Source: Bispira polyomma (taxonomy: Eukaryota). Taken from it: DNA of 64,000 nt. The DNA lies in NCBI GenBank assembly GCA_965649765.1, contig OZ287753.1:21514001-21578000 (forward strand). Reading direction: 5' to 3'. The position numbers were made by a program, and so were the translations under genes. Each line of letters opens with the position of its first letter. Position 1 is the first letter of the stretch. Positions 14,301 to 27,558 of this stretch are shown piece after piece. Below the pieces are notes generated by a model. That model saw only the letters and a program-made list of their open reading frames with translations. It did not search any database and was not told where the DNA came from.

Positions 14301-17300
14301 ATAATATCTGTCTTATTTTTCATCCAATTTGGTTTGAATTTTACCTCAGAAACATCTCTCTCTTCATTTTGATCATTCTTTGGGAGCTCATTAGAATTTG
14401 TCAGCCAGGACATATCACCAAACCCCTTAGAGTTTTCAGTCTTAATGGGCTTTTTTTTCTCAATGTTATCTTGTGCGAGCCAAGACATATCTCCTAATAT
14501 TTGTTTGTTGCTATCAGAAGATGGTTCTTTCTTTTTCTGTTTCGGTGTTCCCTTTGTTAGCCATGACATGTCCCCAAATTCATCTGTAGCTGCTTTCTTT
14601 TCCTGAAACTGTTTCTTCTTCACAACAGATGTAAGCCAAGATAAATCATCATTCTTCTTACTTTGTACATCTTTCTGTCTTTGTCGTCTGTCATTTGCCA
14701 ATTCTTCAATATCTGGTTTTACATCACTAACCTTTTCTTGGACATGTTTTATGGGTCTGACCACCAGTCCACTCTCTCGACCACGAGCACCAGCAAGCTT
14801 TTCTATGTCGATGAGGTTGTCATCGCTCTTGGTAACTTTTGGCTCAGTCTTTTCTTCACTTTGCATATGTTTCATTGGTCTAGCCGACCATCCTCTTTCT
14901 CGGGCACCAGCAAGTTTTTCTATATCCAGAAGGTTATCATCATTCTTGTTAAGTTTTGGTTCAGTGTTCTCCTTTATTGCAGGTTTCAAATTTCGACTTT
15001 GTCCTCCTTCTTTTGCCAATTTTTCAATACTTAAAATTCCATTGTCATCATCTTTGCTTTGGATTTCCTCCTTCCTACATGAAGCTGGCCTCAAGTTTCT
15101 CCTTTGACCTCTTTCTCTCGCAAGTTTTTCAAGAGGGTTTAAAGCATTTGGTGCAATCTCCTTACTCTGACTTGAAGTTTTGCTAGCTCTGTCAGCATAT
15201 ACCATAGTGTCAGCTGCAGGTACAATCTGTTTCCCAGATAGCCTTTCATTGTTATATACATGAATATTGTTTGACCCACCTGTTGCCTTGGAATAATCTT
15301 TATTGGTTTCAAATATGTCTTCTTTCAGACTGACATTTTTTTTCTCAAATAGTGCACTCAATAAATTGTCTTTTTTCTGTTGTGTTGTTAAAATAGGAGA
15401 TGTCCCATAATATTTTGAATCAACTAAATCATCATTTGTAATTTTTGCAGTTTTCTTCAAGGTCATTCTTTCTACACCATTCTTTTTAACACTAAAGTTT
15501 TCTGTGACATCATATGTACTAAATGTCTCTTGTGTTTCTTGTAGACGGGCTGCCTGGGAATTATTTGGTTTGTTCTTTTTTGTGTCAAGTTCTTTAGATA
15601 ATTTTTCCAAATAATCGCATATATCATCTCGTGCCACTTCTTGTTTCCTATTGCGCGGTTCTAGTTTGATTTGGGAAATTTGGGTCTTTTGTTTGTTACA
15701 TTCAGCAGCTTCTTTGTCATCTCTACTTTCTGGACCTTCGAAGGTTTTGGCAAGCTTATCCAGATAGTCACAGAAATCCTCTGACCCAATGTCACAAGGG
15801 TCAGCATCTTTTTTCCGACCTTTTGTTTTTGGTACTGTATGCATGCTTGGAATTTTATCAGATTCTTTCTTTTCTAGTGTTTTATCTTTCAATAATTCGT
15901 CAATGTTATCTCTCTTTCTAGTCTGAACATTTTGTCTGCCACCCTTCTCTGATTTCACATCTTTGTTTGAACATATTTTCAGAGGCTTGTCATCACCAAA
16001 ATCTTTAAGTAGTTCATCAAGTGGTATTTGAGTTCGCTTAGACTCTGCACGGAGGTTTGTTGCTTCTTTCACAGGTTCTGCCAAGTGGGGATAGGCACTG
16101 TTACATTCTGGTTCTTTTACAATTTCTCTAGATTTTTGTTTACTGGTTATCCCTTCCTTGGAAGCAGACCTTCTACCCAGGACTGGGAAATCTTTCTCGT
16201 CACCTACATCCATCAAAAGATTATCAAGAGGTATTTCTGTTCTCTTGACTTGCACTCTGGGTTGATTGCGTACCTCTACTTTATTTCCTCCAGCAGATAT
16301 ATTTGCTTTTGTTTGCCTTTTGTCGGTTAGGCTGCCCATTTCAACTTTTGTATCTTTATCTTCTCCAAGATTCATCAAAAGATCATCAAGGGGAATTTTT
16401 GCCTTTGTAGCTGCTCCTTTCGGTTTGTACTTCTCTTTCTTTGTTAGATCAACCTTTGACTTGTTTGTTTTGTCACCATTTGGTTTTTGCTCTGGATCAG
16501 TGGCTTCATTCTTATCTGTTGCATTCAGCTCCACCGAAAAATCAACAATCTCGTCATAGGTCATCGCATCCATTTTTCTTTTATCTTCTACCTTCAAGAC
16601 CATTGGATGTGTAGCTTTAACTGGCTTCTCTTCACATTCGGATAATTCATCCACACCTTTGATTTCCTTCATTTCCACCTGTTTTTCTTCAGGCTGTGCA
16701 CTCATTGCTATTTTAGATGATAAACCATCTAGCAATGTAGTCATGCTATCATTTCTCTTGGAAAGAACTGGAATATCTTCGTTTTGTGATGTACGAGGAA
16801 CTTCTAATGATTTTTCCACCTCTGATTCTTTCTTCTGCCTTTCCTTGATTAGCTCCTTTATCTGATGAATATATTCATATGTTCATACAATATAAGATAG
16901 CGGTGTAATCGGCTTACCAAATAAATAAAGGCAAATATTATCAATTGTTACATTATTTAAAATAGAAGCTACATGACATAAATCAGCACAAATAATAAAT
17001 ACATTCTACATGGCCTATTATGAACAAATGTAATCAGGAAACATAAACTTTAAAACAAAATGAAACAAATTCAGCATGTACAGCATGTTAAATATTAACC
17101 CTTTCAACCCCAGGGTTATCGGCAAGCAGGCAGCAGCGTTTGTTACTCCCACAAACTAGGTGTTGACAAGCAGTCGAATTTTTTTTCAGTTCTTTGCAAT
17201 TGAAAATTTTTTAGTACTGCAGACACCCTAGATAAGTATTGGTATCATTATGGAATTCCGAAAGTAGTCTGTGGTGTCTGTTTTAGCGACTCCAGCTATC

Positions 17301-20300
17301 AGTACTTAAACAATTTCCTTTAGATTCTGGTGATAGTATTCTATTAGTGTCGAAAGGGTTAATGTAAACTTTCATCAAAAATATAATTACCGGCTTGGGC
17401 TTGTTGTATGCATATCTTTCGTCTCTGATATATTCTTCCAAAAGTCCAGTCTGTTTTTCTCTTTCCATTTTCTTCAATTCGTGCTTGGTAACTACATTTT
17501 TCCAGTCACTTTTTCCTAATAATTGAAAGTAAAATAATAAATAAAACAAACAGTAAAATTTATCTTTCTTACTTTAATTATTTCTAACTAAATGGTGTAG
17601 AGTGCAATAATAGTAGCAACTGGTTGATATGTAGGTTTATTTACTACTAAAAAAATTTTTTTTAATTTTACAATAACGAAAACAAGTAATTAAAACTTTA
17701 GAACACCAGTAAAATGCATTATTTTTTTTTTCTTCTTTTGTTTCATTCAACACTTACCAGCAACAGCTTTCTTTATTCTCCCAATAAAGAGTTTCTGTTT
17801 TTTCTCAGCTTTTTCTGCTAACATCACTGCTTTCTTCTGGACAGCTTCAATATAGTTTACAACTGCAGATGGACTCTTTTCACGTCTTTGAAAATCAACT
17901 TTACCATCCTTATCTTTGACAAAAGTTGGGGCTTTGTGGACTTTGCTTTTGGTGAGCTTCAACTGTTGCTGGCTTAATGGAGCTACTTTGATATTTGCTG
18001 TAGTGTGGGACACTTTAGTAGCTGCCTGAACATCATCTGTGGATCTCTCATATTCATTTATAACTCCATTACATCTTTGAACTATTTCGTCTGCCTTGGA
18101 TTTGATCTGTTGTTGTGTGAAAACATTTTCTGGTTTTTTCTTCTTTTGATCCATACCTTGAGGCCTTGATATTTCATTACCAGCTGCCATTTTTGCAAAA
18201 TTGCTGTTATCTTGTACTTTTCCTTGAAATTGTTGTTTCTCTTCTTGCGCTTTCTTCTTCTCTTCTGAAATTTTGGCCATTTGTGCTTTGTTTTCTTTAA
18301 AAGCCTGCTCAAAATCAACCACTAAGCCAGATGGCTTTTTCTTTTCTTCAGCAACTTTGGCTATTCTAGGTATTTGTTTATTAACTGCATCAGCAAAGTT
18401 CACCACAATGGTGGGAGCTGTGTTATTTCTCTGCAACCCTGGTGATTTTACTTCAGTGTTAACCTCATTTGGTACAGTTGACACTATTGTAATCTTTGTT
18501 TCCTTGTCGTCGACAGGTTTAATCTCCACAGAATGGAGTTTGCCATCCTTCCCATATTTGGCTACCTTGGTTTTGCTGTTTTCAATGGCCTGATCAAAGC
18601 CAACTACCATGGTGGCGACAAGTTCGTTGGTTTTATTTTCAAGTGGTGCCTTACTTTCCTTTATCTTTGCTTCTGTTTTATTTCCATCTGTGTTGGTCAT
18701 GGTTTTTGGGGGGTTTTTGGTAATTGGCAGTGTATCCTTTGCCGCAGATTTATCTGAATATTCTGCCTTTGTGTCGTGTTGGTTATCGTCCTTTTCTTTA
18801 TTATTTTCTTTGACAGCCACACTCAGTGCTTTCTTGTTTCTCTGCAAAGAGTCTGTTGCTTCATCGTTGGTCTGTTTGGGTTGGTTTGTTATGTTGTCAT
18901 TTGGGGTCGCTGTAACAAAATATAGGGATAACTAATAAGGATGAATATGTTGAAAATAAAGATTTTACTCAGATAACTCAGATAAAGATACTTAGGCATT
19001 TTAGTAATGAAAAAATATGAAATATCTAAATTTGGGACAGTGAATGTGATTATAAAATACAATGTTCTGACAACAAAAGTTCTGATAATAGAGGTTCTAT
19101 TGTAATACATAAATATACACATGCTAAATACATATTTAACTTAACTTACCTAATAAAAAACAGTTGTACAGATAATCACAAAAATGACCAATAAGAATTA
19201 TCATGGTTTGTAGCTTAATTTCTATGTCATGCACACTGCAATTTTGCTACTATAGTAATGTGATGCTCAGTTGCCAATTACTACATATGTCCCCATACAC
19301 CTCTAAATGGATGACATGGAGTTCACAGCGATTGAAAGGTTAAAGTCTAATAATTCATGCCTGCCTTTATAGATTGTTAAGTTTATATAATACAAATGCT
19401 TCAAATCAAAATGAACACAAGCATTGTTCCCCAAGTGTTAGGGTATAATTTATACCATATGATAGATTCATTGTGTCAAAAGATTTTTTAAGTAGAGGAG
19501 AACATGGAAGTGTATGGTCTTTTACAGTATTCCTAAAATTGGAAAAGACAAACTTTTATTAGCTAATGAAATTGAAAGTAATGTAATGTGTGGCACTATT
19601 AAATATCAATAAAGTTTGTCACCATGGTCAGAAAATCTAGCCTTGCTTAGGCCTTTGCAGTTATTTTCCTCTCTACCTATCATGTATGAGATCATTGTGA
19701 GTGCAGCATGTACCGGTATATAAAAATGTGTTGTCTCTACAGAAATATAAATTTTGCCATACCAGCTAGCTTTTAAAAAAACTGATGCAATATTCAAAAG
19801 GTCAAACATAAATCTCTTTTCCAAAACAATTAAAAGATCCAGGGAATGCAACTGAATTGTCGGATTGAATTGGACTATATTCAAATTACTTCTACTATGA
19901 CAGCTTACATTGTTTATCACCAGAAGATTAGGGAAATTACAATGTCAACCATAAACCAAAAGACTTTGGGCGGACAAGCCCAGTGCTTGGCGTTATAATT
20001 TGGCATAACAAAAACACCTTGCTACACCAGATATAGCTGACATGCGCTCTTTCAACAACATTTGACTTGTCAATTAAAACAATTTTTTGGTTTCTCCAGC
20101 TTACACTTATAAGTACAAGTTGGTTTGAGTAGTAAAATATTTGAATAGTAAATCAAATTTTCCCGAAAATGATTTACCAGTTAATTTTGTAAATTATACA
20201 GGCGTTATAAGTTAATCTGATGTATAGCTGATTGGCAACATAGTGGCTACCATACCAGTTATACTACTTTATACCAATATGGTACATATCAATTACCACA

Positions 20301-21332
20301 AAATAAAAACTAAAATCACATATATTGGCACAACTCTGTCGGCCATGTTACGTCAGACTAAATTTACAATGTTTTGCTTATGGTAGCCGTTTTGTTCCTT
20401 TCTGTGTGTTCCGTTGTCAAAATAACAGCAAGGAATCTCGCTTATTAGGGACAAATTATTCAGTCAACTTTCAATGCTCTATATACAGATGCATAAAAGG
20501 CAAAAACTCCAAAACATAACGGAAATTTGGGAAAAGGACTGAAGTGCTAAATCTCCAATAAAGTTTTTAGACATGCTATGATGCACCGCTTGTTTGGTAG
20601 AAGTTGGTTACTTTTTCTCATAAAATAGTATATATATAATAAATGCCCAAGTTTACAAGTTGAGATCTGTGACGAGTTACTGGGCTGTATAAACAAAACA
20701 TAATTAGAATATGCAAATAATATAAGGAACACTAGAAATTTGGAGTCAATTTAATTCAGCTATACTCTGATTCTGATATATGAACATGAACACGGATTTT
20801 AGATTTCCTTTATTGTGCGTTAGAATTTGCTAGCATGGAGATAAAGCACCATTACTGAATTCATTTGATTAAATTTGGTTCTTGAATTTAAGTTGATTTA
20901 AAGTTTTAACCATTAAACGTTTTAACTGCCGAATTACACTAAATGAGTTAATCATCAAATACACATATGGGCACACCACACAATCAAACTTCCCATAGGC
21001 ATGTATTTCATAATGTACTAGTTTAGATTTACCAACTTGATTTTATAGTTCATATTTCACATTAATCAATGTCCTTGACATGTATGTTACCGTTCACTAA
21101 ATATGGATTAATGTTTTAGATATATTTATTATATACAAAGATACATGTTATGTTAAGTTTAAAGAAAATATTTTGAAATACGGACGTTTTTTTTATTTAT
21201 ATAAAATAAACTTCCTCCATCTTTTTACAAACACTATGATATATTACCTGTATTATCAGCATTTTCCTTGCAATCATTTTCTATGGCATCTCCACCTGTC
21301 CTACAACTATTACTAGATGGGCTAGGCTCCAT
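10828..21332 (-). CDS. 7-exon gene for a ~2183-aa charged, low-complexity protein of unknown function; exons 21248-21332, 17758-18909, 17391-17515, 12537-16861, 11911-12145, 11622-11689, 10828-11389
   Basis: All six introns are GT-AG with matching phases (1,1,0,2,0,2); the summed CDS is 6552 nt, a multiple of 3, with no internal stop. It joins ORFs 17747-18847, 17283-17549, 12533-16819, 11776-12162 and 10828-11412. The first exon and the exon-5 acceptor are the least certain. Confidence 0.75.
10978..11307 (-). repeat. in-frame tandem duplication, 165 bp (55 aa) x2
   Basis: YGCHSQNLEQ...QITGTNIVLGD is repeated with 2 aa differences; units are 10978-11142 and 11143-11307. Confidence 0.95.
11622..11689 (-). 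CDS. exon 6 of the large gene (DNIEQVQGNRNSSKRKAGKKAR)
   Basis: TTTGCAG acceptor and AG|GTAAC donor; phases fit the neighbouring exons. Confidence 0.65.
11911..12145 (-). CDS. exon 5 of the large gene
   Basis: TATTCCAG acceptor (an alternative in-frame acceptor lies at 12221) and AAT|GTAAGT donor. Confidence 0.7.
12537..16861 (-). CDS. giant exon 4 (4325 nt) of the large gene
   Basis: 1428-aa ORF in AT-rich DNA; TTCATCAG acceptor and AA|GTGAGA donor overlapping the apparent stop. Confidence 0.9.
17099..17358. mobile_element. piggyBac-type MITE in intron 3
   Basis: TTAA|CCCTTTC ... GAAAGGG|TTAA: terminal inverted repeats with TTAA duplication. Confidence 0.7.
17391..17515 (-). CDS. exon 3 of the large gene
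   Basis: TTATTAG acceptor and CCG|GTAATT donor; phase 1 in, phase 0 out. Confidence 0.75.
17758..18909 (-). CDS. exon 2 of the large gene
   Basis: TTTTGTTACAG acceptor and G|GTAAGT donor; covers the 366-aa ORF, whose composition matches exon 4. Confidence 0.85.
21248..21332 (-). CDS. probable first coding exon (MEPSPSSNSCRTGGDAIENDCKENADNT)
   Basis: ATG at 21332 and CAG|GTAATA phase-1 donor matching exon 2; a CpG/CRE-rich region lies just upstream. Confidence 0.6.
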
Positions 21333-21450
21333 AGATTCAATTATCTAACTTCATTTCCAAAATTTCCAGAATAATCGGACGTAATTTCGTCCATCGCCGT
21401 TGAAATTTCAACTCGCTATGGCAATTCACGAGCAGTAGTGATAAGGGATA

Positions 21451-21548
21451 TGACGTAATCGATATTCATGACGTTTCGTTGTGTTACGTCACAAAGACAC
21501 TATGACGCCACATGTGTGGGTATGTTCTTTGTGTTTTCTTATACGTCA
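21451..21548. promoter_or_regulatory. cluster of five CRE/ATF-like (TGACG) sites; probable promoter of the large gene
   Basis: TGACGTAA 21451, TGACGTTT 21469, TTACGTCA 21484, TGACGCCA 21503, ATACGTCA 21541; 120-220 bp upstream of the ATG. Confidence 0.5.
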
Positions 21549-22173
21549 CTTGTGTATTGCTTTAAGTCGGTACCAATTGTATTTAACGCAAATCTAAACA
21601 TATTAACTATATAAAGCAATGCAGAATATCTGTGTATGCATATTTAGCCGTGTTATTGATGTTTCAGGTTATGAGGGTTTTAAATACATGTAAATATGAG
21701 AGGCTTTTAGCTATTTATAATTTTATACGCTAATTAGGGACAGATTAGAGGATTTTTATCAATTTTGCGCTATGTTAATGTTTCTGTTATTATTATCATA
21801 CATTCTTAGCCAAGCTATTTAACCACATCGTTTTTTTCCACGAACTTCATCATTGACATGGTATGGCAAATATGGCAAAGAAAACAAAAACATGTTTGTA
21901 CAGCTTAAATAAAAATCAATTAAAGGTGAAAGCCAGGTTTTAACTTTTTTTTAAATACAATTATTTTTTTCTTGGCAAAACAAAGCAGTTCTATGCTACG
22001 AATCCTTACTGCTATTTTTTTGTGACAACCTCTTTTGGCTTATCCTAATTCCACGTAGTCATTATTTTGCATTATAACCCTTTATCTCAATAGACGATGC
22101 AAAAAGAAACAAGAATTGTCTTCTAAAAAAATGCATTAACTGACAGTGTAATGGTCGTATCATTGGCTCCCTT

Positions 22174-22268
22174 TCAATTAATTGCTATAGCATCTTCACC
22201 TGTGCCACTTTCACTAAATTGGCTAGGCTCCATAGATTCAATTATCTAACTTCATTTCTAAAATTTCC
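22174..22268 (-). pseudogene. degenerate duplicate of exon 1
   Basis: Shares GGCTAGGCTCCATAGATTCAATTATCTAACTTCATTTC with 21320-21357; reads MEPSQFSESGTGEDAIAIN then TGA where the intact copy has TGC. Confidence 0.7.
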
Positions 22269-25200
22269 GATGTCATATCTTTGGTGTGCGAATATAATTT
22301 AAACATGCACAGTTTTTTTTTGGCAAATAATGAAGACACTTTCGGTGAAATAATTATGGATGAAACACACATGTGTGAGGACTTTATATCTGTTGTAAAG
22401 ACTGTCTGTTATCGTATGTGTTTAAATTTGACTGTTATAACCAACCAACCAAAGTTTGTTTCTAGTTTTGAAGCTATTTTCCCATGTTTCACCATCTAGG
22501 CTTCCATTATTGTCCTAGATGATGGACGGGTAGAACTTTTGTACTGTTGGGGATGTTCGTTCACTGCACATTTTCGGTCTTTGTCAAGTTTATTATTCTA
22601 TTTTTTTTTGTTATTATTTTTCTAATTCTGGTGTCATATCGCACCGCAGCGTGTTTTGTCTGCAAAGGGCTTCAAGCGAAGGAACCTCATTATCTATTGT
22701 TAATAACTACACTATTACTGTTTATTTAAATTGACTTAAAGCCATCATAAAGAAACAACTTAAGGTCAATATGTAACTATAGTGGTACACAATAAGTTAA
22801 GGGTCACCTTAAAATAGGGATTAAATGAAAACTTAGAGTCCATATTGCTGAACACATTTACTATGAGTACCCTATAAGTAACGTAAAAGTATGTATTTTA
22901 CTTTGACTAGACTTAGTTTTTAACTTTTTAAAATACCATTTTTTTTGTTTATTTATTTTTATTATATTTTTTTTTTTTTTTTTTTGTGAAGCAGTGTGCA
23001 CCTTACTTTTCTCCTTATTAAAAACCTTTTCTCTGACTAACTCCAACTTGTCTTGGCTTATAGCGGCTTATCGCATTTTTGCTAAACTGTAGACTTTTTC
23101 CAAGTTATTTTGTCTCAAGTACTTTATGAGGGCAGTATGACTTTTTAAATAGACACGTATTCTCATTGTGGAATCATAATGACTTCATGCATGGTGGATA
23201 AAAAGATAAAATACAAAGACTTGTGAGTAAGTCTGACTGAAGTGATCTAGCCTCCTAATTAGTGTGAGATATTCGTCAGCAAAGTTGGTAAACTTTAGGT
23301 GCAGTAAGTTTAAACAGTTACTGCCCCATGGAAAAAGTTACTGGACCTTATTTTCAAATTTGTGTTTGACACCTATCACACAATCAGTTGGGTTTTTCTA
23401 CCTCATTAGATGGAGAAATTAAGCACAGCAAAAACTTGTGAAAATCTGAAATTCACATTTTAACATGTTTTACCTGAAAAAGGTATTTGTAAGTGGGATT
23501 TTAAGTAGTAAAACTTACAAGACCGCACCAGAAGTCAGTGACAAATTGCAATGGGGACTGCATTAAATCAGGCTCATAATTAAAACAGATGGCTGAAGTT
23601 CAAGAACCCAGCCAGCCTTGGCACACACAAGGCAAAATTTTCTCCCCACTTTTTAAGTGTAAGTAGATCAGTGGAGAGATTTGTTTGGAGGGACACATAC
23701 GGGTCAGGTGGAAAGTAAAGAAATCAGATTAAATCCCCGCCTTTTGAGAATTGTCGTTTGGAGTTGGTGTAATATCAAGCTTCGGTTTTTACGTTTTTTG
23801 TGGGAATTTTGATAAGTTAAAAAAAAAATAATACTTTAATTTGACAGACAAATGGTAAATTTATCCATAGACCTTTTATAAAATGATGAAATAAATGACA
23901 TATTATAGTAAAAGTATCTTAATAAGTTTGTTTTTTTTCTTTTATTTCATTGTGTAACGGTAAACTACAATTCTTCTTGTATAAGGTTGTCATAAAGTTG
24001 TGGTCAACTGTGGTTCATTGTTAACATTCAAGATAGATGGGATTTCTGATAACTGTGAAGCAAATATTTTTACCATCTAAACTAAATATCTAGAAACCTA
24101 AATTGAAAATGGAAATATTCAATAACTTTAAATTTTAATTTTTAAAATGCCTTCATATTATTTGCTTTTATATTCCATTTAGTTGTTTGGGGTTTTTTTT
24201 CTCTGATATTAACTAAAAGTAGCCTTAGTGATGAAAAGAAAAAATCAAAAAAGAAGTTGTTGATTTTTGCCTAAAGTCCAGAGTAGAGATAGTCTTATCT
24301 TAGTCAGCAGAGTTTCCAGTTAATCTTATGCAAAATAGAAGTGTGTGTAAAAAGGGGGTGAATTCACTTAGTACCCCTCACCAAGATTTCCATATGTCTG
24401 CAAACAGAATTGGATCACTGCACCTTATGTTAAGGTGACTTGACGTATCAGACGCAATATTGAAATTGACTAATTCTTTAGAATTTCATTGTTTAAAGTT
24501 AAATAGAATGTATTTCCATTTCATAACCAGGTTAAAAACAAGTAAACTTAGGTTCATTTGATTTAAAACACTAAACATGGTAAGAATTTAAGATATATAA
24601 AATATATTAACTTAGGCCACATTTACATCTTAAACATTCTGCTACTATTTTAGATAAATATTTTCGTATTAACATGTAACCTATACTCTTTATCAGTTTC
24701 ATTTTATCGAGTTTTCTGCGTGGAACTCATACTGCAGTCGGGCATCCCATTTAGATGTTGCAATTATTGTGCAGAACCAATACCTGACGTCACAGGATAT
24801 ATTTTAAACCTTAATTATTGTGAGTTTAAGACCTTTCATAAAATACTGTCCTGGGAGTCTTTTCAGACAAAACCCTCACCATCCAACTCCCCCACCCCTC
24901 CATTTTGATTGATGTGTTGGGCATGCGCTGTGAGCTGAATGAAGCTGGTTTCCTTTCAACAGTGATTAAGACAGCCTGTCCACTATGACATCAATTCTGT
25001 TAGGTTTGTACTTAGCATGCAGCTCACTTGCTCAAATAGTTTTTTGGGGTTATTGTAGTCTAACTTAATGGAAGCCTTTAAAAAGTCACAATGATTAATA
25101 AGATCTTCAGGGAAACTTAGATTTTTTGGTGTAATAAGCACAGTGATGATTTTTGTTAAAGTAAGGTCTTTGGAATAACCAGTGGAATCTTGTCAGTTTT

Positions 25201-25682
25201 AAGATTTGTAAATTTCTTAACTGCAACAGAAAAATATTTCTTGTTTTTTTTTACATACGTCTGCATTGCAATAGTAACATTATAAAACAATACAGGAGAT
25301 GATTTGGTCTACCTTGTTATTTAAATCAGTCATCAGTGTATCTTTAAAATTATTAAGAAAGTATAAGATTGTGTTAAAATAAAGATAATATGTCTGTCGA
25401 TGTGGCATAGTTGGTAACACTACTGCCTTAGAATAGAGCTGGGTTTGATCCCAGCCGAGAAAGCCCAGGTATAGGCAGATATACATAGTGGCTTGGATAA
25501 CCACTTCAAATGGTGGCCTTCTCTTACTTGGTTTTATCTGGACGCAAACAACTTGAATCCTAAACAAAGGTAAATACTAAAGTGACTATCAAATACCAAT
25601 CTGAAAACATTGGCAGTAGACTTGCTGAAGGTCAGTGTTTACAACTAACTATCCAATATTGTTTTCCCTCTGACAATAAACT

Positions 25683-25975
25683 GCTCAGCATAATACAGTG
25701 GTTAGAGTGTCAGACTTTGGATCTGAAACATCTGAGGGTCCCGGTTCTATCCTCGCTCTGGTCTGGTGATTGTACCCTTAGACAAGGTACTTTACACAAA
25801 GTTGTCCCTCTCTACTCAGGTGTATAAATGGGTAACCTGACCGCTAATGGGGTGTTAGTCTTTGCTTGATATTTGTGAAACAACCCAGGCTAGGGTAATA
25901 ATGTCAAATCGAATTAGATAACAGTGATGTTCATAATTACGCTATATCAAATGCTCATATAATAATAACTATTAT
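25683..25975 (+). mobile_element. old tRNA-derived SINE (second family)
   Basis: tRNA-like head (CAGTGGTTAGAGTGTCAGACT...GGTTCTATCC), central CCTTAGACAAGGTACTT...GTATAAATGGGTA block, (AAT)n tail. Confidence 0.6.
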
Positions 25976-26281
25976 TACAATATTAACTTAAACTGCAAAC
26001 ATATCCAAACCCAATCAGGACATCATATATATGGTCTCCCCAAGGAGTTGATATAATGGAGCATCTAATGTGTTCTCTCACTAATTAATGTATGACCTTT
26101 TACACAGACACCTTTTTCACACAAAAAGTGTGCATGTGTAACCAAGGTTGACAGAGCTATAAGCCCAAACTACTTTTTAGATCCGATAGTCAATATAGAC
26201 ACAAGCACCCATCCCTGTCACCCATACATCTGCTAGCAACTGATCCCATCTCACAGAGGGCCATCCAATACCGTAAACTAT

Positions 26282-26324
26282 CAAAATGCTGCTCACATAT
26301 ATTTCATATGTGAGCAGCATTTTG
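26282..26324. repeat. perfect inverted repeat, 19-bp arms with a 5-nt loop
   Basis: CAAAATGCTGCTCACATAT-atttc-ATATGTGAGCAGCATTTTG. Confidence 0.9.
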
Positions 26325-27245
26325 GTCAGAAGGAAGGCTGACCATCAGCATCTATGAAAGTTGTGGTCTCATGGCTAGAAGTGTTTGCATAAGTCAAGTT
26401 TTTTTCACATCTTGAGACAGTGGTTCGAATCATACGGTTTCCTTCCTATTTATCAGGTACTTGGTTTAGAGGTTTACCGACGGTCTCCATCCTCTAAGAA
26501 ATTTCAGTGTCAAGACATAACCTAAGATGCTGAAAGTGATGTAAATCAATTAAACTGATACATATAGGGAAAAATGACTGCATGTAAAATGGTAGTAAGT
26601 GTATAAAAATCCTACTATTGTATTTACCCACCATATAAATAAATACCTCCATTGACAGATCATATGTTGTCTTTATCATTTTTATTGCACAGGTGAATGT
26701 AAATGAAATCATCCCCATTTATTTAGATGCTGTTCATATGGTCAATGGCTAATGGTCTCTTTCTTCATATACAAACACGTGATGATATCAGGTAAAGTAA
26801 CTTGATGAAGTGCAGCTCTGGAGTTCTGAAAACCAATGGACTGAGACAAGGAGAGCATAAAGTGGGTAGTTTACATTACTGACGTCATTATACTGTTTCA
26901 GAACTAATGTTCTCTTTCTCCACACAACCATGCAATACTACCTACAAGAGTCATCCAGAAAATCTTTAAGAATAAGAATCTTTTTGAAAAAAAAAAAAGT
27001 ATATGTTATTTGATACATTGCAGTTCTGAAGTTTTGAAAACAAATAGACTGATACTTAGAGTATATTTTCAGTAGTTTACATTATTTACATACTTTACAT
27101 AGAACATACTTTACACATTTACTGTGGCCAAAATTCTCAAAATATGGTTTATCTAGCCACTAGATATTACTGGATCAGACCCAAGTTATCTGATACATTG
27201 AAATCCTGAAAACCAATAGAATTAGAGTAAGAGAAACCATATATT

Positions 27246-27558
27246 CAGTAGTTTACATCATTGACATAGTTGAACTGGGCAGACATTACTGTATATGTGG
27301 TTGATGGTCTAATGTTGCATTTATCCATGTAATCAAGTTCTGAAGAGAGCATACTTTAGTTTTTACACCATTGACATAGTTTAACTGGGCAGATTTCATA
27401 TTGTATATGTGGGGTTGAGAGACTAATGTTGCATTTATCCATGTAACCAAGTTCTGAAGAGAGCATACTTTCAGTATTTTACACCATTGACATAGTTGAA
27501 CTGGCCAGACTTTATATTGTATATGTAGGGTTGAGGGACTAATGTTGCCTTTATCCAC
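27246..27558. repeat. tandem repeat, ~110-116-bp unit x~2.7
   Basis: TTGACATAGTT at 27261, 27371 and 27487 with colinear flanks. Confidence 0.85.

Noticed and set aside
12615-18935. Numerous plus-strand ORFs (Ser/Phe/Leu-rich)
   Set aside because: Antisense shadows of the Lys/Glu-rich minus-strand exons.
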